DNA from: Myxococcales bacterium
GTDB taxonomy: Bacteria; Myxococcota_A; UBA9160; UBA4427
Direction: 5' to 3'
NCBI GenBank assembly: GCA_022563535.1
Contig: JADFNE010000019.1
Span: forward strand, 3,386-67,385
DNA length: 64,000 nt
Shown: in pieces, positions 28,947 through 37,768 of the stretch
Layout of the letters: the number at the start of each line of letters is the position of its first letter
Numbering within the stretch: position 1 is the first letter of the stretch
Position numbers and translations under genes: made by a program
The notes under the pieces: generated by a model
The model's input: only the letters and a program-made list of their open reading frames with translations
The model's database searches: none
What the model was told of the DNA's origin: nothing

Positions 28947-30695
28947 TCATGGGAAGCGGACCTGCATCGAGAAGTGAAGGCCGTCGTCCTGCAACGCCTT
29001 TTTGTCTCCAGTCACGCCGCCAGTCTTTTCTACTTTCCCCGCCCACTCGATAGCGATTCGTACATGGCGCCAGATGTCGGCGTGGATACCGACTCCCAGG
29101 CTCACCAACCTGGCTCCCGATCCGCTCCCTGCGAAATCACGCCCATAGCCCGCATCGCAGAAGAGTCCAAGCTCCAGCCGTTCTACTGGCTCGACATGGG
29201 GCAGGGGGATTCGTAATTCCACCGAACCCACGACGCCCTGGTCCCGAACCAGGAGGTTCTCCCGGAGGCCTCGCACCGAGTTGTGTCCCCCGAGCGCAAA
29301 CTGCTCCAGTCCCAGGAGGTGCGCGTCGGCCACCTGTGCGTCAATGCGCGACTGAATTCGCAAGTCGTACCAGGGCAAGTACTCGACAGCCTGGATCTGG
29401 ATGAGGCCGCTTACAAATTTTCCGTCGGGAAATTTTTCAAGCGTCATCATGTTCTGCTGCAGCGGGGTGGCATCGAGTATGTCAAGTCCGACGCTCGCCG
29501 TAATCCTTGCTGCGAACGCCCGCCGTCTCAGGCGCAAGAGGTAGTCTCCCCCGGCGCGCAACACCGCGACCGTCGATTCCCCCTCGTTTGGATCGTCTGG
29601 GTCGATCCCCGCCGCTCCGGCCAAGAACCCACGGCCGCGTTTCCAGTCCCCCGCAAAGAACACTCGAGCCTCTTGACCGCGTTCGCGCAACACCGGCTGC
29701 CTGATGCGAAATCCATAGGCCTCGGTCTTGCTTTCGATGTCGAGGGCCTTGAGGGAATCTTCGATGATTTCACTCCACGCACGGCGCATCCAAATCTCGA
29801 GCGAAGTGTCCCAGCGATTCAGCGGCACTTCGACTCGCACATCCACATCGTGCAGTCCCTCGGCGACGGAGTACGCGGTCGACCAGGTATCCCCCCAACC
29901 CGACACGTTGCGGTGACCCGCGCGAAAGCGTCCGCGATACTCGCCAATCGACACTGGAGCGTAATTATTGAAACTGGCGCTGGCCCAATACGGAACCGCT
30001 TCATCGACCGCGATCGACAGCATGCTCTCGCCGCGTTCTTCGCCGGGAATGAGTTCGGCGGCCACCGCAGTGATCCGCGGATCCCGCTTCAAGCGGCGCA
30101 GGCTTTCGCGCAAGGTGTTTACGTTCAGCGTGCCCCCGTTAGCTTCGAGCCGCGAGGTAAAGTATCGGGGCCGTAGACGACCGTCAGTTGTGACATCGAT
30201 CGAAGTGAGCTGACCTTCAATGATCGTGATCTCCACCACCCCGTCGCGATAATCCTGCGCCGGAAGCACTGCACCCGAGCTGATGTAGCCAGCGTCGACG
30301 TACGCCCGGGTGACGCGATCGCGCGCCTCCAGGACCGTCGAGTAACGACGCTCTTCACCGAGATAGGCTTGGGTGACAACTTCGAGATCCGCGTCGGACA
30401 GCGCGAGATTGCCTGAAAAATGAAACGCCTTGATCGAGATGACTCCGCCGGAGAGCGCGCTGGCCGCGCTGTCGTCTTCCGGAATATGAATCTGGGGCAG
30501 GGTGCGACCGGGGATCGGCGCATCCTCTGCGTCCAGATCGAGCGGGGGAAGTTCAGGGCGAGTTTCCCCTGGTCCCCTGAGCAGGGGCGCGACTTGCTGC
30601 GCAAACGCAGACTCAGCTGCGAGACTCAAAAGCAAAAAAACCGCCGCTGCACCGACAACCGCCACGGTCGCAATACGAAGGCGAAGGATTGGCAT
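28947..30695 (-). CDS. ShlB/FhaC/HecB-family two-partner-secretion outer-membrane transporter (TpsB)
   Basis: The start is ATG 30695, followed by a signal peptide (MPILRLRIATVAVVGAAAVFLLLSLAAESAFA). A POTRA segment is present (IKAFHFSGNLALSDADLEVVTQAYLGEERRYSTVLEARDRVTRAYVDAGYISSGAVLPAQD...VEITIIEG). The C-terminus ends in an aromatic beta-barrel motif (FSMQVRFP). Confidence 0.9.
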   Translation of the reverse strand: MPILRLRIATVAVVGAAAVFLLLSLAAESAFAQQVAPLLRGPGETRPELPPLDLDAEDAPIPGRTLPQIHIPEDDSAASALSGGVISIKAFHFSGNLALSDADLEVVTQAYLGEERRYSTVLEARDRVTRAYVDAGYISSGAVLPAQDYRDGVVEITIIEGQLTSIDVTTDGRLRPRYFTSRLEANGGTLNVNTLRESLRRLKRDPRITAVAAELIPGEERGESMLSIAVDEAVPYWASASFNNYAPVSIGEYRGRFRAGHRNVSGWGDTWSTAYSVAEGLHDVDVRVEVPLNRWDTSLEIWMRRAWSEIIEDSLKALDIESKTEAYGFRIRQPVLRERGQEARVFFAGDWKRGRGFLAGAAGIDPDDPNEGESTVAVLRAGGDYLLRLRRRAFAARITASVGLDILDATPLQQNMMTLEKFPDGKFVSGLIQIQAVEYLPWYDLRIQSRIDAQVADAHLLGLEQFALGGHNSVRGLRENLLVRDQGVVGSVELRIPLPHVEPVERLELGLFCDAGYGRDFAGSGSGARLVSLGVGIHADIWRHVRIAIEWAGKVEKTGGVTGDKKALQDDGLHFSMQVRFP

Positions 30696-31099
30696 CCAGT
30701 TAGAACCTCGATTACCAGCTGTTATTGAGAAGGGGGTAGCTTGTCGCTTGCAGAACCATCCCGCCGACTCGGCGTTCCCAGGGCTAGCGATTCGTTGTCG
30801 CGAAGGTGATCGGCGCCGGTGTCTTTGCAACTTCGGGCTTTGCTCTTACCGATACAAGTTCACGCAACATCGTGTTGCTTGCCTGGGTGCCAGACGGAAT
30901 CATCGCACTCCGCGAGGCCCTCTGCTAAGGCCCGTCCATAGACAGAACCTCGGCATTGGACTGATGAAGGGCCCGATCTTCGGCTTCGTCGCTTTTGGCT
31001 TGGTCCTGTTGCCGGAATACCGATCGACTGCAACAGAATCTGTCGATTTTGTATACGACGGACGATTCCCGGCTACGAACAACGGCGCAGTCCTGCGGT

Positions 31100-31843
31100 C
31101 TAGTCGATCGTCAGTGTGCGCTTGAAGAAACCGATCGCGAGCTCGAGGGCAGCCAGCGCCGCTGCGGGGTCGTAGCGGGGGCCTTCGTCTCGGATGAATG
31201 CGTGTTGGGCGTTGAACTCGTGCCAGGTGAAGTCGACTTCGGCTGCGCTGAGCGCTTGATAGATCTTGGCGCGGCCCTCGGTTGGGATGTGAGGGTCCTG
31301 TCTTCCCCAGACGAGTTGCAACTCGCCCCCGATCTCTGCGCATCGTTCGAGGGTTCCGTTGCCGGCCTTGCAGGCGAGGGTGTCGGAGTGAAGATCGGTT
31401 GCGTAGAAGCAACTCGCGGCCAGGATTGCGTCGTTCAGCGCGGCTCGGAATGCGAGGTGTCCGCCGATGCAGATCCCCATGGCGCCAACCTTCCCAGTGC
31501 AACCCGCACGCCCGCGCAAACAGTCGACCAGCACGTTGGTGTCGTGATCGTGCGCCTCGAGAGTCTTTGCGGATTTGTCCGCATTGCCCTTGTCCTTGCC
31601 GGCGTCGTCGTAGGCGAGCACGGTGCCGATCGGATTCAGTTCGTGAAAAATTTCCGGCACCGCGACTGTAAAGCCATGGCCCGCCAACAGGGACGCAACC
31701 CGGCGAATCGGATCCGTCTGTTGAAAAATCTCTGAATAGAAAATCAATCCGGGATAGCGACCTTCACCCGCCGGCTCGTACAGCGTGACGCGCATGGGGC
31801 CTGTGTCGGTAGCCAGATCGATTTCACAGGTCTCGATGATCAT
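31100..31843 (-). CDS. Dienelactone hydrolase family protein
   Basis: The start is ATG 31843 after a GAGGAA RBS. GAMGICIGGHLAF matches the nucleophile-elbow Cys variant typical of DLH. Confidence 0.85.
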   Translation of the reverse strand: MIIETCEIDLATDTGPMRVTLYEPAGEGRYPGLIFYSEIFQQTDPIRRVASLLAGHGFTVAVPEIFHELNPIGTVLAYDDAGKDKGNADKSAKTLEAHDHDTNVLVDCLRGRAGCTGKVGAMGICIGGHLAFRAALNDAILAASCFYATDLHSDTLACKAGNGTLERCAEIGGELQLVWGRQDPHIPTEGRAKIYQALSAAEVDFTWHEFNAQHAFIRDEGPRYDPAAALAALELAIGFFKRTLTID

Positions 31844-31912
31844 CGGAGTTCCTCGACGGATCGCGGGAAAATTCCCGCCGCCCAACGGCCATCAGAGGTA
31901 AGCTCTCCCGCC

Positions 31913-32695
31913 ATGGCTGGACAAGTGCTCACGACGATTGAAAACGGCATCGGCAGCTTGATTTTCGATCACGAAGCGAGGCGCAACGCCATCACGGGCG
32001 AAATGTGGGACGCGATTCCCGCTGCCGTAATCGCATTCGAGAAGTCCGACGAAGTACGCGTGGTCGTGATGCGCGGTGCGGGGGAAGTCGCCTTTGTGTC
32101 GGGCGCCGACATTTCGGAGTTCGAAAAGAACCGCAGCGGTGCTTCAGCTGCAGCGTACGATCAAAGCAACCAGCGAGCCTTTGCGACGCTTGCCGGGATG
32201 CAGAAACCGCTGATCGCCATGATCCACGGCTTTTGTATCGGGGGTGGCTGCGCGCTCGCCCTCACCGCCGACCTGCGGTACTGCGCCGAAGACGGTGTAT
32301 TCGCAATTCCGGCGGCAAAGCTGGGACTCGGGTATCACGCGGGGGGACTAGAAGCCCTGGTCAGCGTGGTCGGGCAATCTGCGGCCCGCGAGATCTTCTT
32401 TACGGCGCGCCGCTTCGACGCCACGGAAGCACTCCAGATGGGACTGGTGAACGCAGTCCTGCCGAAAGAACAACTCGAAGCTCACGTTGCAGAGGTGGCG
32501 CAACAGATCGCCGACAATGCACCCCTGACCCTGGCCAGCGCAAAGTTCATCCTCAGCCAAATCCAACGCGAGCCCGGCGCTCGAGATCAAGCGGCAATCG
32601 ACGCCTCGATTGGCGCCTGCTATGAGAGCGCAGACTACGCCGAAGGCGTTCGCGCCTTCCTGGAAAAGCGCTCCCCAAAATTCAAGGGTCGCTAG
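31913..32695 (+). CDS. Enoyl-CoA hydratase/isomerase family protein
   Basis: 260 aa. The crotonase signature is present: VVVMRGAGEVAFVSGADISEF ... IAMIHGFCIGGGCALALTADLRY. Confidence 0.9.
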   Translation: MAGQVLTTIENGIGSLIFDHEARRNAITGEMWDAIPAAVIAFEKSDEVRVVVMRGAGEVAFVSGADISEFEKNRSGASAAAYDQSNQRAFATLAGMQKPLIAMIHGFCIGGGCALALTADLRYCAEDGVFAIPAAKLGLGYHAGGLEALVSVVGQSAAREIFFTARRFDATEALQMGLVNAVLPKEQLEAHVAEVAQQIADNAPLTLASAKFILSQIQREPGARDQAAIDASIGACYESADYAEGVRAFLEKRSPKFKGR

Positions 32696-32731
32696 GGTTC
32701 GTCGCCGAATGGGGTGTACCCATCGCTCGAC

Positions 32732-33901
32732 TCACCCGGTGCCTCCCGGAAGCTCCGCTTCGCCGGCATCGTCGTCCCAACCGAAGCGCTCGAACAAAGG
32801 CGCGAGTTCGCGGCGAATTTCATCGGCCGCAAGACCGAATTCATCCAGGCTGTAGGCGTGACGCGTCTCATGGGTTCGCGCCCGCTTGTCTTCCGTGCGA
32901 AGCACTTCTCGGTATTCGTCGGAGATCGCAAACCCAAGCTGCTCGTAGCTGCGTTCGATCGTCTCGGCGGGGCGCGCGGTGAGATCGCGATAATCAATGA
33001 CTGCTTGTCGGGTCTCGGGATGCCTCGCGAGCACTTCGAGGGGATAGCGGTAGGTGTGGTAGGACTGGTCGGCGAGAAAGCGCAGGCTGCGCATGATGCC
33101 GTCCTCATCCCAGTCCAGCGCCCGGTAGCCGACCCGCATCAGTTTGAGCAGGCTGGGTATGGTTTCGTTTGGATTGCGCATGGGCACCACGATGCGGGCA
33201 TCCGGAAATGCTTCGATCAACGTCTCGACGCGACCCGCAAATACAGGGTTCTTGCTCAAGTGAATGCGATCACTCCCGTTCAACAACAACTGTCGGCGGA
33301 TGCAAGCCTTGTAAAAATCCATCATTCGCTTGCGTTCATGCGCTGGGCGCTCGTCGATGCGATAGAAATCGAGCTTCCCCATATAAGGCAACTTGGTCAT
33401 CCAGTAACCGGAAGCACAGGAGTAGTAGAAGACGATGTCGTCTTCTTCGGGTTGGGTGAGTCCCATGTCGTGTATGTCGCGAGTCGCCGCGTAGCGCTTC
33501 TCTTCCCAGGCCTGCACGAGTTTTGCGAGCACGCTGGAGAGAAAGCGCCGATCGAATTTGGCGACCGCACGAATCGCTTTCTTCTGCAAGAGAGAAGGGA
33601 AGTACAGCTCGTACAAATTGAAGGAGCTAAAGCGCCCATCGTCCTTGCTCATCAAACGATGCACCAACGTGGTTCCGCTGCGCGCGTGGCCGACTACGAA
33701 AACCGGGGTGCGGATCTCAACGTTGTGCAGGGCAGGGAAGAGGATGCCGTCGAGAAAGAAGCAGATCGCGTGAAACGACGAGATCAGGGGAACGCTCACG
33801 CACAGGATGAACAAAAAGTACCTGCGCGCCATGGGATGCGGTTCGTTCCACGCGAGGCGGAGCATGCGGAAGTACTGAGGGAAGTCGAAGTAGTACAGCA
33901 T
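32732..33901 (-). CDS. Sulfotransferase family protein
   Basis: A PAPS 5'-phosphosulfate-binding loop is present (VFVVGHARSGTTLVHRLM), with a later 3'-phosphate-binding-like segment. The longer opposite-strand ORF has no motifs. Confidence 0.8.
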   Translation of the reverse strand: MLYYFDFPQYFRMLRLAWNEPHPMARRYFLFILCVSVPLISSFHAICFFLDGILFPALHNVEIRTPVFVVGHARSGTTLVHRLMSKDDGRFSSFNLYELYFPSLLQKKAIRAVAKFDRRFLSSVLAKLVQAWEEKRYAATRDIHDMGLTQPEEDDIVFYYSCASGYWMTKLPYMGKLDFYRIDERPAHERKRMMDFYKACIRRQLLLNGSDRIHLSKNPVFAGRVETLIEAFPDARIVVPMRNPNETIPSLLKLMRVGYRALDWDEDGIMRSLRFLADQSYHTYRYPLEVLARHPETRQAVIDYRDLTARPAETIERSYEQLGFAISDEYREVLRTEDKRARTHETRHAYSLDEFGLAADEIRRELAPLFERFGWDDDAGEAELPGGTG

Positions 33902-34039
33902 GGTGTGGGGTGTCTCGCCGGAGCTTCGAGCGCCTACCGGCGATCGCTTCCTCGAGTATGCGGCTTCTGGGGTCTCATCGCTTAAACCCCTGCGGGGCGC
34001 CTGCCCCGAAACAAACGCGCCTGCTCAGCAAAAAACTCC

Positions 34040-34068
34040 TTGACGTGGGATTATTTCCCACCGATAAT
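34040..34068 (+). promoter_or_regulatory. Sigma-70-type promoter (TTGACG - 17 nt - GATAAT)
   Basis: The -35 TTGACG is at 34040-34045 and the -10 GATAAT at 34063-34068, with an exact 17-nt spacer. It lies about 50 nt upstream of the ATG at 34119. Confidence 0.5.
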
Positions 34069-34091
34069 CTATATGTGGGAAAAATTCCCAC
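34045..34091. promoter_or_regulatory. Two 17-bp palindromic operators, GTGGGA-N5-TCCCAC
   Basis: GTGGGATTATTTCCCAC (34045-34061) fills the promoter spacer. GTGGGAAAAATTCCCAC (34075-34091) covers the predicted transcription start. Their centres are 30 bp apart. Confidence 0.55.
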
Positions 34092-34118
34092 CTTATACGA
34101 TGCATGGAGGAAATCACG

Positions 34119-34652
34119 ATGAATCGAAACCCACTACGCATGCCCATGTTGCTCCTGGCCGGGACGTGCATGATGACGGCCCCCATGGTCTTCGCCGGGG
34201 AAACCGGAGATGGCTTGAGAGCAGAGAAGTTCTACAAGGCAACGGTAAAGCGCGAGATCCGACAGATTGAAGAGGTCGTCGTTGAGAGGGAACTCGACAC
34301 ATTGCCCGACGACATCAGGCCCCCGGACGATCTCGACTCCGCCGACACCGTGTTGCTGTTCACCAACATAGGCAACCAGCCCGCCATGGTGAAATGCGTT
34401 GCTTTCGACAGAAACGGCACACCGATCGGACGCACAGCAACCCGTGTACCGGCACTGGGTTTGCGCTACGTGACAGCGTCGGACATCAGCGACGGGCTCG
34501 ACTTCATCGGCCAGGTTCAATGCGCGCGCAGGGGGCAGATCGTGGGCTCGGTTGTCTTCATCGGGCCCGGGTTCACGGACTTGCCAGTGATGAACCGCTC
34601 GAATGGCGGCGGGAAAGGGCGCATCCGCTTTCCGCTCGTGGTTCACTACTAG
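34119..34652 (+). CDS. Secreted hypothetical protein
   Basis: The start is ATG 34119, 7 nt after GGAGG. A signal peptide is present (MNRNPLRMPMLLLAGTCMMTAPMVFAGE). I recognise no motif. Confidence 0.6.
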   Translation: MNRNPLRMPMLLLAGTCMMTAPMVFAGETGDGLRAEKFYKATVKREIRQIEEVVVERELDTLPDDIRPPDDLDSADTVLLFTNIGNQPAMVKCVAFDRNGTPIGRTATRVPALGLRYVTASDISDGLDFIGQVQCARRGQIVGSVVFIGPGFTDLPVMNRSNGGGKGRIRFPLVVHY

Positions 34653-34878
34653 ACGAGAATCGAGATCCCAGGGCGTCATCGGACGCGCGCCGACAAACAG
34701 GGATGCAGTGCGATCCAGCAGGCCGAGGTCGCCGACACGGCGGCTTCGGCCTCGCACCAACGGGTGTCCCAGTTCGAGGAGCCAAAGGCTCAAGCCGTCC
34801 TGCCAGCGGACGATACTGACGACTGGTCTACAAACATCGCGGAAAACCCCGCAGTATCCAATCAATCCCTGAGGCCGA

Positions 34879-35556
34879 ATGTTGAAATTATTCAGGAATC
34901 GCGTCCGGGTCCCGATTTCTGCGATCGCCTTGGTCAGCATCCTGTTGGAAACAGGCTGTTCTCAACTGGGCACGCCCACGCCGACGGACAGCCCACCACT
35001 AAGGGACATTGCCGTCTACCACCGGGCGGAGACCCAGCGAGCGGATCAGCTGAGCATCGAGGTAAAGCGCCTGCGCGCTGATCTGCTGCGCGCCGAAGAG
35101 GCGTTGGTCAAAGTGGAATCGGGTTTGCGGGGCAACCACACCCGCGCGAATGCCGTGTCGGAACTCGCGGAAGCCCGCATCCTGGTGAAGCGTGCCGCGC
35201 AACGAGCTTCCTGGCGAACCAAAGAAACCAGCGAAGCCCAAAGCAAGCTCGCCGAAGCCGAGCGTCAAGTGCAACAGGGCAATCCCGGTGCTGCTCTCTT
35301 CTTCGTATACCGAGCGCGACGTATCGCCGAGCTGGGTCTACTCGAGGCCAAGACAGTCCGATCACAACCCGACACTTACTTCGTGGTGGGCGATCGCGTG
35401 AATCTGCGCGCCGGACCCACGACGAACGACCGGGTGCTGCGCGTTCTCGCCAGCGACACCCCTGTGTTCGTCGAGCGCAGTAAGGACGAATGGTTTCTCG
35501 TGCGGGTGATCTCCGGATCGGCTGGCTGGATCCATAAGAGTTTGGTGCGCCGCTAA
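34879..35556 (+). CDS. Lipoprotein with a coiled-coil region and a C-terminal bacterial SH3 domain
   Basis: A lipobox is present (LLETGCSQ). The central helical segment is Ala/Arg/Glu-rich. The C-terminus is SH3_3-like (VVGDRVNLRAGPTTNDRVLRVLASDTPVFVERSKDEWFLVRVISGSAGWIHKSLV). Confidence 0.7.
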   Translation: MLKLFRNRVRVPISAIALVSILLETGCSQLGTPTPTDSPPLRDIAVYHRAETQRADQLSIEVKRLRADLLRAEEALVKVESGLRGNHTRANAVSELAEARILVKRAAQRASWRTKETSEAQSKLAEAERQVQQGNPGAALFFVYRARRIAELGLLEAKTVRSQPDTYFVVGDRVNLRAGPTTNDRVLRVLASDTPVFVERSKDEWFLVRVISGSAGWIHKSLVRR

Positions 35557-35595
35557 CAGCCCGTTGAAGAACCCTGACCGAGCCAGGCACGAATC

Positions 35596-37290
35596 TCAGT
35601 CCAGTTCCTCTGTCACCATCACGCAATCACGTCCGCCGTCCTTCGCCCGGTAGAGTGCCTGGTCGGCACCCGAGAAGAAGGCCTTCGCATCACCTCGATA
35701 GACATTTACGCCGACCGACACCGTCAACCTCATGTGTTCACTCGGCAGATCGAGGACGATCGAGCTTGCGGCTACCGATGCGCGAATCTTTTCTGCCAAC
35801 TTCATGGCACCATCCATGTCCGTCTTCGGCAGGATCAGTGCAAATTCTTCGCCGCCATAGCGCGCCAGGACGTCTGTCTCGCGCACGATCTCGTTCATCA
35901 CGTTGGCGATCTTGCGCAGGACTTCGTCACCACCGGCATGGCCTATTTTGTCGTTCCATTTCTTGAAGTGGTCGATGTCGATCAAGATCAACGCAAGTGG
36001 GTCGCCAACGCGATCAGATCGTTTGATCTCCTTGGCGAGTTGTTCCTGGAAAAAACGGTGATTGTGCAAACTCGTGAGGCCATCGGTGATCGAGAGCTGT
36101 TCGAGGACTTCGTTCACCCGCTGCAGTTCGGCGTATTGTTCCCGCATCTGCTGAACGGCCTGCTCGGTCTCCGCCTGACTTCGCTCGAGCGCTTCGGCCT
36201 TGCTGGCGAGGCGGGCGGTCATTTCGTTGAATGTCCGCGTCAGCACGCCCACCTCGTCCTGAGCCCGAGTCTCGGGAAGTTCCACATTATCTTCGTCATC
36301 CGAGATCCGTCGGGCTGCTTCCGACAGGGCCTCGATCGGGCGAGCAATCGACACCGCAACCCGGTAGGCCGCAACTCCAAAAAGCAAAACAACGGCGAGA
36401 TTGATGCTCAGAACCCTGCGAAAGGCAGCGAGCAACGGAGCAAAGGCTTCGTCGTAGTTTTCTTCCACAACGAGGGTGAGACCGTATTCGGAAATCGGGG
36501 TTGCGTACCCGACGACGCGAACCCCCGCGTCATTGGTGTAGTCGACGACAGTTTCCAATCTACGCAGCGAGGGCAGCACGCGTTTGAGAATATTCGTCCT
36601 TTCATGGGACCGCCCTGCAGCGACGAAGATTTGCGCCGCGTTCACCAGGTAGATCTCACCCGTGTCTCCCAGGCGCTGCGTGCGAAGAGGTTCTGCTACC
36701 GCTTCGAGCGGCATCACTGCGTTCAGCAAGCCGATCATCTCGCCAGCGCGATCGTCGATGCGCGCCGAAACGATTTGCACGAACTGTCCCTCGACCAGGC
36801 TCAGCACGGGCATGGGCTTCTCCACCGACTTCAGAAGTTTGTCGGTCGTTTCTCGAGTCAGCGCATACTCACTTCCGACCCAGACCAGTGTCTCGCCATC
36901 GGGCTGGAGAATGAAGAGCGAATCGAAGTGCGGGAAGCGATCGCGAACGTATTGGAGGTACTCCGTAACGTCGTGCGATGCAGTGGACCCTGTTTTTCCA
37001 TTAGCACCGGGCATCAGCCGCCGGACGTTGTTCTCGAGTACATCGCTCGCGGCCAACACTCCGAGATTGAGAGTCTGATGGCCATACCACTCGTCGACGA
37101 GCCGACTGGCCTCCTGGGCGATCTCGGGAAACTTCAGCTCGAGCTTTCCGCGCAAGAACGTATCAATCGAACGAACCGAAATTCCCGTCACGATCAACGA
37201 GGTCAACAGGGTCGCGCCGAAGACAAATAGGCTGATGCGCGCAGGTAGGCTGCGAAACGGATTCACGCGTTGGGGGATACGCAGTTGCAA
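35596..37290 (-). CDS. Membrane sensor diguanylate cyclase (periplasmic Cache-like domain, HAMP, GGDEF)
   Basis: An N-terminal TM helix is followed by a ~270-aa periplasmic domain, a second TM helix and a HAMP domain. The GGDEF domain has RYGGEEFALILP and an RxxD I-site (RETD) five residues upstream. Confidence 0.9.
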   Translation of the reverse strand: MQLRIPQRVNPFRSLPARISLFVFGATLLTSLIVTGISVRSIDTFLRGKLELKFPEIAQEASRLVDEWYGHQTLNLGVLAASDVLENNVRRLMPGANGKTGSTASHDVTEYLQYVRDRFPHFDSLFILQPDGETLVWVGSEYALTRETTDKLLKSVEKPMPVLSLVEGQFVQIVSARIDDRAGEMIGLLNAVMPLEAVAEPLRTQRLGDTGEIYLVNAAQIFVAAGRSHERTNILKRVLPSLRRLETVVDYTNDAGVRVVGYATPISEYGLTLVVEENYDEAFAPLLAAFRRVLSINLAVVLLFGVAAYRVAVSIARPIEALSEAARRISDDEDNVELPETRAQDEVGVLTRTFNEMTARLASKAEALERSQAETEQAVQQMREQYAELQRVNEVLEQLSITDGLTSLHNHRFFQEQLAKEIKRSDRVGDPLALILIDIDHFKKWNDKIGHAGGDEVLRKIANVMNEIVRETDVLARYGGEEFALILPKTDMDGAMKLAEKIRASVAASSIVLDLPSEHMRLTVSVGVNVYRGDAKAFFSGADQALYRAKDGGRDCVMVTEELD

Positions 37291-37768
37291 CAGTGGAAGC
37301 CTCTTCCGATTTTCAGTTGGACGCGATCGCCCGCACAGCTGGACCGCTCACCACGGCCTGCAGGCGAAAATCGACACATCCTCAGACCTCACTGTTCGGC
37401 ATCTTTATTCTCCATCTTGATGTTTCCGCTCACGCAATGTGACTTGCTCAGGTACTGGCTCACCCGTGTTGGAGCGGTCTTTCCAATCCTGAGGGGGCGG
37501 ACCATTCTGGCGGCTCCTTCAGGTCATAGAAGGAGAATCGGATAGGGCAGGTGAGGGGTTCTTTTCGCCTCCCACACGTGCAGCCCCAGGGCAGGAAGCA
37601 TGCAGTTCCTCCGTGCTGGCCTCTGCTCAGTCGCGGCTCGAGTCCGGTGGAATCGGATGCATCCGGCGGCAGTGCAATCGCTGTAGAACTCAGTGTCAGC
37701 GTCTCTTGCGTGCAGAATCCCCGCAACTCAACCGATAGGAGAACCGAGGCAAGGGACGGGGACTCGCG

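Noticed and set aside
30876-30892. Minus-strand TGGCACCCAGGCAAGCA upstream of tpsB, resembling a sigma-54 promoter
   Set aside because: The GG-to-GC spacing is one nucleotide too long, and sigma-54 promoters tolerate almost no spacing change. The site is also about 180 nt from the start codon.
30964-31125. 54-codon plus-strand ORF (MKGPIFGFVAFGLVLL...) between tpsB and the dienelactone hydrolase gene
   Set aside because: It has no convincing RBS, overlaps the 3' end of the hydrolase gene, and cannot be checked for conservation here.
32714-33985. 423-aa plus-strand ORF, longer than the sulfotransferase ORF on the opposite strand
   Set aside because: It has no recognisable motifs and an Arg/Ala/Gly/Val-rich composition typical of shadow frames in high-GC DNA. 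The minus-strand ORF carries a clear PAPS-binding loop (GHARSGTT).
35734-37230. 498-aa plus-strand ORF
   Set aside because: It is antisense to the diguanylate cyclase gene (GGEEF, HAMP) and has no motifs of its own.
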